From sequence record SRR31156797_8524: 40,643 nt of DNA, one strand, 5' to 3'. Under the pieces are notes generated by a model. It saw only the letters and a list, made by a program, of their open reading frames with translations. It searched no databases and was not told where the DNA came from. Within the stretch, counting starts at the first letter, position 1; each line of letters opens with the position of its first letter. Below are positions 9,280-18,770 of the stretch, piece after piece. The position numbers were made by a program, and so were the translations under genes.

Positions 9280-9295
9280 AGGAACCTTTCTTGCG
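9280..9295 (+). promoter_or_regulatory. sigma54 promoter candidate with an upstream IHF-like site
   Basis: AGGAACCTTTCTTGCG (GG-N10-GC). The minus strand has TATCAATTAATTA (WATCAA-N4-TTR) at about 9242-9254. A second candidate, TGGTGTGTTTTTTGCA, lies at 9106-9121. Confidence 0.5.
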
Positions 9296-9409
9296 TCAGG
9301 GCCGCAATCATAACCATGGGGAAAATAGTTTCTCTCAGCGGCGACATAGACAGAATATTGACGGTTCCATCCCAAATAAAAAATGGAATGCATCAGTGGA
9401 GGTAAATGC

Positions 9410-10105
9410 ATGGCTTACGTGGTGGAAAAGGGAGATACCATTTCAAAAGTAACCGATTTGCTGAAAGTATCCTGGGCGGAACTCAAACGAACCAACACCC
9501 ATGCGGTGGGTCGTGCTTCAAAAACGGGGAATTGGTTCTTGAAGCAAGGCGCGGTCATTGAAGGTAAAAACTCATTTGAATCCGTCCTCGAACAAACGCG
9601 AAAGCCCGATGTTGAAACCTCACAAGAAAAACCGCCTCAAAATGATTCGCGAGACTGGAAAGAGTATACGATCAAACGCGGCGATACCCTATGGGCTTTG
9701 GCAACCAAGAAATTCCACGTTAACGTTAAAGACCTGATTGAAGCAAACGGTATCGAGGATCCGAAGAAGCTTCAACCGGGCCGGAAAATCCGTGTTCCCA
9801 TTCCGTCTCACCCTAAAGAACAGACGGTGGTTACCAGCTGGTACGGTGAACCCTACCATAACCGACCCATGGCAAACGGCGCCATTTATAACATGCATGC
9901 CAATACGGTAGCCCATCGGGATCTCCCCTTTGGAACCGAATTGGAACTGGAAAACCCAGTGACGGGACAGAAAGCCAAAGCGGTGGTCACGGACAGAGGT
10001 CCTTTTATCGAGGGCCGTGACCTGGATGTCTCTTATGGGCTGGCGCAAAAGCTCTCTTTGGTAAAGGAAGGTGTTGCACCCCTTGTTATGAGAATTAAGC
10101 CGTAA
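9410..10105 (+). CDS. rlpA: LysM-containing RlpA-family (DPBB) lytic transglycosylase
   Basis: Two LysM-like units (YVVEKGDTIS, YTIKRGDTLWALA...NGIEDP) precede SWYG, AHRDLPFGT and TDRGPFIEGRDLDVS. GGAGG RBS before ATG 9410. Confidence 0.88.
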   Translation: MAYVVEKGDTISKVTDLLKVSWAELKRTNTHAVGRASKTGNWFLKQGAVIEGKNSFESVLEQTRKPDVETSQEKPPQNDSRDWKEYTIKRGDTLWALATKKFHVNVKDLIEANGIEDPKKLQPGRKIRVPIPSHPKEQTVVTSWYGEPYHNRPMANGAIYNMHANTVAHRDLPFGTELELENPVTGQKAKAVVTDRGPFIEGRDLDVSYGLAQKLSLVKEGVAPLVMRIKP

Positions 10106-10142
10106 AGTAAAAAGAGTAAAATCTGATAAGAAGGAGAGAGAG

Positions 10143-10667
10143 ATGGCTGATGAACTGGATGACAACGAAAATGGCGGTCAGAAAGCAGGCGGGGGAGGCG
10201 GATCCAAGAAGCTTCTTATAATCGTTATCGCCGGGTTTTTATTGTTCATGATTCTGGCCGGAGCAGGGTTTTTCATCCTTTGGAAAAAGTTACCGGATCC
10301 CGGAAATACAAAACCGGATGCCGACCAAAAAAAGACTCAGGAGGAGCAATCGGTCCAGTTGACGGTCGGACCGGTATTCAGTCTGGAACCATTTGTGGTC
10401 AATCTAGCGGATCCGGCAGGAAATCGCTATCTGAGAGCGAAAATAAGCCTGGAACTCGGAAACGAAGAATTACTTGAGAGGATGGACAAATTGGTTTTTC
10501 CCGTGAGAGACAAAATTCTTACGATTCTATCGTCAAAAAAATATCAGGAAATTAACACCGGTCAGGGGAAAAAGCGTTTGCGGACCGAAATTGCCGCCAC
10601 AGTGGGTGGCCTTCTTGGAAAAGGGTCCGTTAAAAATGTCTATTTATCCGACTTTGTGGTGGAATAG
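10143..10667 (+). CDS. fliL: Flagellar basal-body-associated protein FliL
   Basis: Single N-terminal TM, LEPFVVNLAD, RYLR, VRDKILTILSSK, GKKRLR and VYLSDFVV. Confidence 0.93.
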   Translation: MADELDDNENGGQKAGGGGGSKKLLIIVIAGFLLFMILAGAGFFILWKKLPDPGNTKPDADQKKTQEEQSVQLTVGPVFSLEPFVVNLADPAGNRYLRAKISLELGNEELLERMDKLVFPVRDKILTILSSKKYQEINTGQGKKRLRTEIAATVGGLLGKGSVKNVYLSDFVVE

Positions 10668-10682
10668 AATCGGGCCATATTA

Positions 10683-12266
10683 ATGGATGAAAAAGGTGAA
10701 AACAGGGCACTGGAATCAACGGTCCCCAAACCGCCAAAGTCAGACGAGACCGCGGTTGAAACCCTCGAAGAAACGTCTCCTTTGACGACGGGCTCAACCC
10801 AAAAAGATGATGAAGCGACCGCAACCCACAGGCCCGGAGAAACAGACTCATTTAAGGGTCTTTCCGACGAGGAAACCGAAGAGTTTGACTTAACGAAAAA
10901 GATGGAAGAGGACCCATTCCACGATCCCTATCCGGACTGGGATGATGAGGAAATGCTGGAAGATGTCGGCCCCAAAAGACTTAAACGGTGGGTCATCGTT
11001 GCGGGAATCCTCGCGGTTATTATTTCAGTGCTTTCATTTACCCTCTGGTGGCTCTTTGTTATCAAAGATCCTCCATATCCGTTACCCGATGCCTTGAAAA
11101 TATTCAAACCACAGCCCACAACAGACGGGTTAGAGAAAGCCTCCATTTCCGCTTTGACACACAAGATCAAGGAGAAGCCCTTCACGGAAGAAAATGGAGG
11201 GCCTGATGTCCCGACACAAACTCAAAAGGGGGTAGAGCAATCCGCCGGCAATTTTTCGTCAGGGGAACCTTCAAACCCGGAAATCCATGGAAAACTATCA
11301 GAGATCACCACGCTCAGAAGCGACTTGATTAAAAAACAGGAAGAAATACGCAATCTTCAACAGACTTACAGGGAACGGATCCATACGGCTCAAAAAGTGA
11401 TCCTTGACGAAAAACGAAAGGCCAAAGTCAATATTTTTGAGGAGGCTATCAAAGTCAAATCCATAGAATATGGGCTGCGCACCATCCACAGGCGAAAAAT
11501 ATACATCAGAAATCTGAATATTCCGCTTAACCAGCTTCATTTCGCCGATGAGGAACTTCTGTATCTTGAGCGTCTGGCCGGCATTCAGCTGAAAATGCTT
11601 GGTATGGCCAAGGGGATCGACTTGGAAACCCTGACAAAAAAGATTGGCCGGACTTTACGGAAGCATCAAGACGGCCTTAACCGGTTGACCGTCCAAACCG
11701 ATGATCCATCATCTCCGGACTTGGAGTCGACGTGGATGGAAGTTTTGCGAAACACGGAAAAAAAGGGCGTGAACAAAAAACCAGACCCCGAAAAAAACCT
11801 TCCCCAACTGAAGGCGCAAATCAACCGCAAGATTCTCGAGGAAATTCAGAAAGGGAAATTGTCTCGAAAGCAGGAACTGACATGGCTTTCTCCCGAAGGG
11901 GCGAGCGTTTTAAGCAAATGGTCGGGAAAAGTACTTTACCTCAACGGATTATCCGCTCTCCACCCTTCGACGGCTGAAATACTGGCTCGATGGAAAGGCA
12001 ACTGGCTTTGCTTGAATGGACTCAAAAAGATTTCCCCCGAAACAGCCAGAAGCTTGTCTCAATGGTCGGGAAAAAGGCTCTCCCTGAACGGCCTCAAATC
12101 TATTTCCGAAGAGACCGCCAGATGGCTATCCAATTGGAAAGGCATGGAACTGGAGATGGTAAGCCTTGCCGAAGCCTCCCCTGAAGCAATTGAGCATTTA
12201 AAAAATTGGGAACATTCAGAAAAAAAAGTGTATTTGTCAACCAATTTTAAAAAGACAACCCATTAG
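10683..12266 (+). CDS. Hypothetical bitopic membrane protein with coiled coil and C-terminal 24 aa LRR-like repeats
   Basis: Acidic N-terminus, one TM, a helical region, and WxGxxLxLNGLxxIS repeats with a 72 nt period. Confidence 0.8.
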   Translation: MDEKGENRALESTVPKPPKSDETAVETLEETSPLTTGSTQKDDEATATHRPGETDSFKGLSDEETEEFDLTKKMEEDPFHDPYPDWDDEEMLEDVGPKRLKRWVIVAGILAVIISVLSFTLWWLFVIKDPPYPLPDALKIFKPQPTTDGLEKASISALTHKIKEKPFTEENGGPDVPTQTQKGVEQSAGNFSSGEPSNPEIHGKLSEITTLRSDLIKKQEEIRNLQQTYRERIHTAQKVILDEKRKAKVNIFEEAIKVKSIEYGLRTIHRRKIYIRNLNIPLNQLHFADEELLYLERLAGIQLKMLGMAKGIDLETLTKKIGRTLRKHQDGLNRLTVQTDDPSSPDLESTWMEVLRNTEKKGVNKKPDPEKNLPQLKAQINRKILEEIQKGKLSRKQELTWLSPEGASVLSKWSGKVLYLNGLSALHPSTAEILARWKGNWLCLNGLKKISPETARSLSQWSGKRLSLNGLKSISEETARWLSNWKGMELEMVSLAEASPEAIEHLKNWEHSEKKVYLSTNFKKTTH

Positions 12267-12273
12267 AAACGAG

Positions 12274-12894
12274 ATGATGTCGGTCCTTCAAAATTATATT
12301 TTTTTCGGTATTTCAAGATTTGTCCATCGGGGGTTGCCGATTTTTCTAACGGTGCTCCTGTTGCCCTATCCGTTGTTCGCAACCGAACTGAAAACAGACC
12401 CGCTACCGCGGAAAATGGGTCAACTTCTTCAGATGCAGGAAAAAGCGGCAGGAAAACTGCTCTTGGCTTCTGAAATTTTCGAGTATCTGAAACATCGCAT
12501 GGATGAATTGCGACAGGAAATCCTTGAAATACAAAAGCAGAGGAAAATGATTGCGTTTACAAAGGCCATTCAATCAGCCCGGATAAGGCACAACCTTTTG
12601 CTCATGGGTCAGATTCAAGTTTATTTGACAAAGCTTGATGGTAAAATTGAAAAATTGGAGGCCACTCAAGCAAAACTGAACTTCATGTATCAACTGCTGG
12701 AAGATGACCTCAAGATCATCGAGACCGTCAATCACACGGAAACGGCGAAACTGATGAAACAAGTAAACAAAACCATACATAATAATGCATGGCTGGACCA
12801 AACACATTTGTTTGAAGTTGAAGGCATGGTTTTGCCCGATTCTCGGAAAATCTGGCGGAACCTTATCCGGGGAAAAAACAGATCGACAAAATGA
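12274..12894 (+). CDS. Hypothetical exported helical protein, paralogous to the mid-domain of the upstream gene
   Basis: Signal-like segment ending PLFA. Its stop overlaps the next start (ATGA). Confidence 0.75.
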   Translation: MMSVLQNYIFFGISRFVHRGLPIFLTVLLLPYPLFATELKTDPLPRKMGQLLQMQEKAAGKLLLASEIFEYLKHRMDELRQEILEIQKQRKMIAFTKAIQSARIRHNLLLMGQIQVYLTKLDGKIEKLEATQAKLNFMYQLLEDDLKIIETVNHTETAKLMKQVNKTIHNNAWLDQTHLFEVEGMVLPDSRKIWRNLIRGKNRSTK

Positions 12895-13154
12895 AAGATC
12901 ATAAAAAGGCTGTCGCCCTGAAATACGACAAAAAGATCAACGACACCCCTACCGTTATGGCTAAGGGAAGAGGACTTATCGCTGATCAAATTGTCTCAAT
13001 CGCCAAAAAGAATAATGTCCCAATCTATCCGGACAGGGATCTGGTGGCGGCATTGGATGCACTCGATCTTGACGTTGAAATTCCCGAGGAATTGTACCGC
13101 GCCGTAGCTGAAGTACTTGTGTTCATCTACGATATCAATAAAAAGCTTGCATAA
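12891..13154 (+). CDS. FlhB C-terminal-like protein (EscU/YscU/HrcU family, FlhX/YlqH-type)
   Basis: KAVALKY, PTVMAKGRGLIADQI, VPI and EIPEELYRAVAEVL. Confidence 0.9.
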   Translation: MKDHKKAVALKYDKKINDTPTVMAKGRGLIADQIVSIAKKNNVPIYPDRDLVAALDALDLDVEIPEELYRAVAEVLVFIYDINKKLA

Positions 13155-13201
13155 AATCCGTTAAAAGAATCCGATTCCATAAGACCGACTGAAAAACCCC
13201 A

Positions 13202-13768
13202 ATGAACATTATCAAAAGCTATAAGACCCTCGATCTGAAAAACGGTGCCCCCATTGATGACGTCAGGAAGGCCTACAAGGATATGGTCAGAGTCTGGCAT
13301 CCCGATCGTTTTGCCGGGAATCCGAGGCTTCGGGCCAAAGCCAATGAAAAGCTGAAAGAGATTAACCTCGCTTACGGCGAAATCAAAAAGTTTTTGGCAA
13401 AAGACTTTTTAATACGCCCTGATATTGGAGAATCTGCTCATAAAGAAGGCGCGGTCCATGTTGACCCCAAAGCCCGCCTTTTCCCGAAAAAGATCCTCGG
13501 AACCCCATTTTCCTTCCTTCATTCGCTCATAACGAACACCAATTTCAAGAAATATTACCGCGAATTGATGTTTTCAACAATTTCCCCGGGGAAAACACCC
13601 TCAAAACCATCAAGACATCACAATGGTAAATTTCACGGGTCTTTCGTTACAAAAAGGGGTGGAAGGACGAAGCGTATGCATTTTTCCGAAATACTGGAAG
13701 AAGTGGCAAGATCAAAAAAAAGGAAAGTGACATTTGCGAAAGAGAGCCGAAAAGGCAAGCGACTGTAA
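13202..13768 (+). CDS. J-domain protein (class C) with basic C-terminal tail
   Basis: YKTLDL...VRKAYKDMVRVWHPDRF...ANEKLKEINLAY. Confidence 0.85.
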   Translation: MNIIKSYKTLDLKNGAPIDDVRKAYKDMVRVWHPDRFAGNPRLRAKANEKLKEINLAYGEIKKFLAKDFLIRPDIGESAHKEGAVHVDPKARLFPKKILGTPFSFLHSLITNTNFKKYYRELMFSTISPGKTPSKPSRHHNGKFHGSFVTKRGGRTKRMHFSEILEEVARSKKRKVTFAKESRKGKRL

Positions 13769-13789
13769 ACACAAGATACCGCTTTTTTA

Positions 13790-13819
13790 TTGACACGAAC
13801 ACAATATACCGCCTATGAT
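13790..13819 (+). promoter_or_regulatory. sigma70 promoter candidate
   Basis: TTGACA-N18-TATGAT. Confidence 0.5.
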
Positions 13820-13848
13820 CCCCAAAAAGTGAGCTTGAGGGAAAAGAC

Positions 13849-14553
13849 TTGAATATGTTATCAATGTTTGAAGTATCAGCAGCATGCAGAGTTCTTTTCG
13901 GTCCGGAAATCGAAGTTTCCGTTGACTTTCTAAAATACCTTCAACCCGAAGGACTTAGATCCGCATATCGAAGGAAAGCGCTCGAAACCCACCCAGATCG
14001 TTCAAACGCCTTTCAAAAAGACGAACGACGCATGAATGATCGTTTTATAGAAGCAACCATTGCCTATCATAAACTGAAACCTCTGGTCGGAGGCAATACG
14101 CCTTTCCAACCGGAAAAACGGCGGCAGGAAAATTTTTCCTACCCGGTTAGTCCCAAAAATATTCCCAAGCGGAAACTGCTGATTGGACAATTCTTATACT
14201 ATTCAGGCCTTATTTCATGGCAAACACTTATTGATGCCATTGTTTGGCAAAGAAGGCAGCGCCCGCGCATCGGGGAGATTGCTCTTGAGTGGAAAATGCT
14301 CAGTGTAATGGATGTTCAGCGGATACTGAGATGGAAGGGGCTGAACGAAAAATTCGGAGAACGGGCTGTTCAGCTCGGCTATTTAAACCGCTTTGAACTA
14401 ATGGCCCTTTTGGGAAAGCAACGAAACCTCAAATACCCCATAGGAGAATACTTTGTGCGGCATAAAATACTTCGCATAACGGAAATGGAATTCATGGTCG
14501 AAAGACATCAAACACACAACAAAAAGATAGCTCAAAAAAAAATGCGGCGCTGA
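13849..14553 (+). CDS. J-domain protein with four MshEN-like repeats
   Basis: AYRRKALETHPDR is followed by LIGQFLYYSGLISWQTLIDAIVWQ, RIGEIALEWKML, KFGERAVQLGYLNRFELMALLGKQ and PIGEYFVRHKIL. Confidence 0.8.
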   Translation: MNMLSMFEVSAACRVLFGPEIEVSVDFLKYLQPEGLRSAYRRKALETHPDRSNAFQKDERRMNDRFIEATIAYHKLKPLVGGNTPFQPEKRRQENFSYPVSPKNIPKRKLLIGQFLYYSGLISWQTLIDAIVWQRRQRPRIGEIALEWKMLSVMDVQRILRWKGLNEKFGERAVQLGYLNRFELMALLGKQRNLKYPIGEYFVRHKILRITEMEFMVERHQTHNKKIAQKKMRR

Positions 14554-14598
14554 TTGTCAGGCCAGCCAACCCGTCCCATCTCTTAGGAACTCAACCGT

Positions 14599-15546
14599 CT
14601 ATTTGTCTCCCACAAGACTTTTTGCAAAAATGATGAACGTCTTCTCATCCAGTTTTTTTTGCAGAACATCTTTTTTGATAATATCCAGGGCTTTTAAAGG
14701 CGGTACCGGTGCTTTGTAGGGACGCCAATTGGTCAGCGCTTCATAAATATCCGCAATGGCCAAAGCCTTCGATGCCGGAGAGATCTTTCTTGATGTCAGT
14801 CCGTTAGGATAACCTGACCCATCGGACCTTTCGTGATGTTCAAGGGCGGCAATCTGAATTTTGGAGTTCAACTTACTCTGTCTCAAAATCTGCCAACCGT
14901 AACGGGAGTGGTTCTTGATTTCTTCAAACTCTTGATCGGTCAACTTACGCGGTGCCGTCAGAATTTCATTAGGCAGTTGAACTTTCCCAATATCATGCAG
15001 CAAACCCATAAGGCCAAAAAGTTTCAAATCTTTATAAGCAAAATTGCATTGACGTGCATACCGCAAACAATACAGCATGACATTTACAGAGTGAATAGAG
15101 GTGGAAAAATCCTTCGTCGTCACCTCAATCAACCGTTTCACCACGTTTGAATCTGCAAGATACTCCTCCAAAACCAGATCGATGGTCTCCTTCATCTGGC
15201 TAAAGACTTCAGGTTCAGGGGTTGCAGCAGAAATATCCAGTACGCGAGACAAAAGCTTTTTCGATTCAAGGGGGTTTTTTTTCAGAACATATTTCAGCTT
15301 CTTGTTGTAGCTCTTTTGCTTTGAGGTGATGTAGTGCGTCTTGTCGGACACCGAAACATAAAGCGATTCCGGCAGACTGTCGTTTATGATACGAAGACTG
15401 CTGATGGCTTTACCTTTCGGCTTGTAAAGAACGAAATTATAAGATCTTGGATCGAAAATATAAACGTCATAATCCTTGTAGTTTTGGATATCCCGGGATA
15501 TATCCGCCATCCTTTTTCTTTTTATTTCTTTTAAAGTATCTCTCAT
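14599..15546 (-). CDS. HD-GYP c-di-GMP phosphodiesterase
   Basis: HSVNV, LLHDIGK, HHERSDGSGYP, ADIYEALT and RPYK. Confidence 0.92.
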   Translation of the reverse strand: MRDTLKEIKRKRMADISRDIQNYKDYDVYIFDPRSYNFVLYKPKGKAISSLRIINDSLPESLYVSVSDKTHYITSKQKSYNKKLKYVLKKNPLESKKLLSRVLDISAATPEPEVFSQMKETIDLVLEEYLADSNVVKRLIEVTTKDFSTSIHSVNVMLYCLRYARQCNFAYKDLKLFGLMGLLHDIGKVQLPNEILTAPRKLTDQEFEEIKNHSRYGWQILRQSKLNSKIQIAALEHHERSDGSGYPNGLTSRKISPASKALAIADIYEALTNWRPYKAPVPPLKALDIIKKDVLQKKLDEKTFIIFAKSLVGDK

Positions 15547-15909
15547 TGGGTTCGCCGAAAAATAGTTCCCGTTGATGGAGAACGAATGGAAAAAATCATC
15601 ATGGCTCCTGCCGACCTGCTTTCCACCTCACCCCCGGAAACACTCTCATATCCCTAATCTCATCCAAAGCTTCTCTTTTAGTCTAATCAAGACGGTGCTC
15701 TTTTTCAACACATTTCAATTCCCGAAAAGCAGCAGCCATGAATAAAAATTGCGCCTTGCCGCTCTTGAAATCGGCATCCCGTTTGAAGCCTGTTATCAAA
15801 GCGAAAGGCATAGGATGTCCATTCTTTTCGAGGTTCAAAAAACAGGAGAATTATGGTAATCGTACCCAGGGGTTCAAATTCCAATCATGATATCTCCCCG
15901 GAGGGATAA

Positions 15910-17013
15910 ATGGGACTTTTTATTAGAAAATCCAAGGATAAAACCGCCATTCAGAACTTACACCGAAAACTCCAGCAGAGCCATATAAAGCAGGAATTCT
16001 ATTTACACGCGCTTCGAACAATGCTTCAGCTCCTCAAAGAATTTGCAATGGATCAAGGTGAAATCGATACCGGTGACTATCAAAAACAGATAGACCTGCT
16101 CCGCAAGAAATTTGATGAAAATCACGAGGTAAAACCCTTTATCACCCTTTTCAAAAAATCCAAAGAGATCATCTTGGGATTCATAAGCAAACAAAAGGAA
16201 TATATTGAAGATCGCGATAGAGAATTAAGAGAAATCATCGATATCATGTCCAAGGCCCTTTCCGGGCAGAATGATGAAAACCGGAAATACCACCAAAGCA
16301 TCTACAAACACAGCGAAAAAATAGAACGGATCACGCATCTGGATGACCTTCGCAAAATCCGCAATGCACTTGAGCAAGAAATAAAGCAACTGCGCCGTGA
16401 TGTCAAAAGCAAACAAGCTACGGAAGAAAAACGGATGAAAGCGCTGGACCGGGAAATCAACTTGCTCAGCCTCGAACTTCAACAAGCGAAGGAAGAAGCG
16501 TTGACGGACGCTTTGACGGGTCTATCCAACCGCAAGGCCTTTGATCAATCCATGGTCGATCTTTCCAACAAAAGCAATTTGGGAAATGGATCATTTGCAT
16601 TGCTGCTACTCGACATTGACGATTTCAAAAATATCAATGACACCTATGGTCACCAGACCGGAGACAACATACTTGTTCTAATAGCAGGGAAATGTCGGGA
16701 AATCACTCGATCAAACGATTTCATCGGCCGATACGGCGGAGAGGAATTTGCGGTGATCCTTCCGTCATCGTCTTTGAGAAACGGCGTCAAAAGGGGGCGC
16801 CAAATCAAAAAAGCGATCTCAGCCGCCCACTATAAGCACACACTTAATGGCGCGGATACTGGAATTACCCTTCGAATCACCGTTAGCATCGGCGTCAGCG
16901 TATTCAGAAAAGGCGACACTTCCGAGATGGTAATCGAACGGGCCGATAAAGCGCTTTATGCGGCAAAGGGCGCTGGAAAAAACCGGGTCGTTTCAGAAAA
17001 AGAGATCGATTAA
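15910..17013 (+). CDS. Diguanylate cyclase with N-terminal coiled coil
   Basis: DALTGLSNR, DIDDFKNINDTYGH, RSND I-site, YGGEEF and ADKALY. Confidence 0.93.
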   Translation: MGLFIRKSKDKTAIQNLHRKLQQSHIKQEFYLHALRTMLQLLKEFAMDQGEIDTGDYQKQIDLLRKKFDENHEVKPFITLFKKSKEIILGFISKQKEYIEDRDRELREIIDIMSKALSGQNDENRKYHQSIYKHSEKIERITHLDDLRKIRNALEQEIKQLRRDVKSKQATEEKRMKALDREINLLSLELQQAKEEALTDALTGLSNRKAFDQSMVDLSNKSNLGNGSFALLLLDIDDFKNINDTYGHQTGDNILVLIAGKCREITRSNDFIGRYGGEEFAVILPSSSLRNGVKRGRQIKKAISAAHYKHTLNGADTGITLRITVSIGVSVFRKGDTSEMVIERADKALYAAKGAGKNRVVSEKEID

Positions 17014-17033
17014 CCCATACACCTGAACATTTT

Positions 17034-17049
17034 TGGCCCAAATCCTGCT
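17034..17049 (+). promoter_or_regulatory. sigma54 promoter
   Basis: TGGCCCAAATCCTGCT (GG-N10-GC). Confidence 0.6.
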
Positions 17050-17103
17050 TTGGTCTTCTTTAAGACAGTATCGGCTGAAAGGGTCCATTACAAAAGTGAA
17101 AAA

Positions 17104-18690
17104 ATGAACATTTTCTCCAGCTTGAAATTAAACTTCGAACCGAAATATGAACCATCATCGACGGTTTCAAACAATATCCGCCTGGGCGATACACTTACGG
17201 GGAGAGTGTTGAAAGTCAAGGACAGTAAATCGGCACTATTCGAATTCAATGGAACGAAAGCTTGGGGACATGTGACATCTCCTGTAAAAGAGGGAGAGGT
17301 CATTAAGGTTTCGGTAATCGAAAACCGACCCCGCCTCAAACTGAAGCGGGTTGATCAAACACGAACAGCTTTTTCCCATGTCGGCAAACTCATCCCCTTT
17401 TCAACCTTTCCAACGGAAAACGCGATTCAAAAAATAGAATCCGAGATAGGAAAAGCCATGGGGCCTGAAGGATGGATGTTTAAGTCGAAGACATTACCCC
17501 GGAAAATTTCAGCCGGCATTGAACAGTTTTTTTCTCATTTTAAACAGCTGGATATGGGGAAAAGCGTCTCCGATCTAACCTTTCAACTGCGATCCTATAT
17601 CGAAAATTCAGGTATATTTTTCGAGAAGAAGGTGGAAAATGAAATTCAAAACCTCTATGGCTCACACACGGAAATATCCACCAAGCATCTACATCAAAAT
17701 CCTAATATTAGAAACATCATCAACAGCGATTTGAAACCCTGCCTGTTGATTCTTAAACATTTCATTAATGAAAACGAACTTAGACCTCAAAAGGGGAGCA
17801 CAGACAATCTACAGCACCTCAAACCGTTGATCAGCCGAATGCTGGAAAATATCGGTTTTCAGCAGACGAAATCACTTGAAATACAACAAGGTCAAAAGGG
17901 AAGCCAGGAGGTTGTATATCCTGATCCTCGAAAGGGCACTCATATCAACATATGGGAAATGGAAAAAATAGCCCCGAAACTGCACCACTTTCTGAAAACC
18001 GCAACGCTTAACGTGGATAAACAAATCCATTATTCCATTTTAAAAGTGGTTGACGCATTTGAACCGGCATCTTCGAGGGAAAACGCCGGCAACCCGATTA
18101 TTGGTGAAGCGACACTCCGCAATATCCTCAAAGAGGACGTGCCACAACATCTGAAAAGATTGGAGGAATTCTTCAAACATCGAGTGACATCGACCAACCC
18201 ATTGGATACAAAAGAAATTGAAGACATCAAAAAGTCACTGTCACGTGTTCGCGCGGAAGTGGAAAACTGGCAGATAACAGGAGACGTAGCAAAAAAAGCA
18301 CCAAAACCGGAGACAGGGCAGGTTATTACCTTTGCACTTCCCCTGCCGGAAGAAAACGGAAAAGGCAAACTCAAGATCTTTTATTCGAGAAAAAGGAAAA
18401 GCGGCACCGATGAAGGGTTCAAAATGTCTCTCCTCCTTCAAATGCAGAATATCGGCCATGTCAGAACTGATTTTTTTCTACTGAACAAACAATTGAAAAT
18501 AGCTTTCTATCTGAATGATCGTAACATCGAAAAAATCATCCATGCGCATACGGATTCGATTAAAGCCTCACTGGCGGAGCATTTCAGCCGCGTCCTGGTA
18601 AACGTGGTCATTTCGGAGAGAAAAGTCGAAGACTTTGACATTGAACACCTATTAACCGATAATAATAGTTTGATCGACTTAAGGGTTTGA
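17104..18690 (+). CDS. fliK: FliK-like flagellar hook-length control protein
   Basis: N-terminal beta domain (GDTLTGRVL), IENSGIFFEKK motif and a C-terminal T3S4-like domain (FALPL...LLLQMQNIGHV...LKIAF). Start set at ATG 17104, downstream of the promoter. Confidence 0.6.
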   Translation: MNIFSSLKLNFEPKYEPSSTVSNNIRLGDTLTGRVLKVKDSKSALFEFNGTKAWGHVTSPVKEGEVIKVSVIENRPRLKLKRVDQTRTAFSHVGKLIPFSTFPTENAIQKIESEIGKAMGPEGWMFKSKTLPRKISAGIEQFFSHFKQLDMGKSVSDLTFQLRSYIENSGIFFEKKVENEIQNLYGSHTEISTKHLHQNPNIRNIINSDLKPCLLILKHFINENELRPQKGSTDNLQHLKPLISRMLENIGFQQTKSLEIQQGQKGSQEVVYPDPRKGTHINIWEMEKIAPKLHHFLKTATLNVDKQIHYSILKVVDAFEPASSRENAGNPIIGEATLRNILKEDVPQHLKRLEEFFKHRVTSTNPLDTKEIEDIKKSLSRVRAEVENWQITGDVAKKAPKPETGQVITFALPLPEENGKGKLKIFYSRKRKSGTDEGFKMSLLLQMQNIGHVRTDFFLLNKQLKIAFYLNDRNIEKIIHAHTDSIKASLAEHFSRVLVNVVISERKVEDFDIEHLLTDNNSLIDLRV

Positions 18691-18693
18691 AGT

Positions 18694-18713
18694 CGTGTCA
18701 ACAAATTGACACG
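18694..18713. promoter_or_regulatory. Palindrome between convergent genes (GTCA-N6-TGAC box or terminator hairpin)
   Basis: CGTGTCAA-CAAA-TTGACACG. Confidence 0.45.
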
Positions 18714-18770
18714 ATCCGATGGCAAGCGCTTCCCAAGGGAGAGATATCCGGTTATGGGCTGATGATGATT

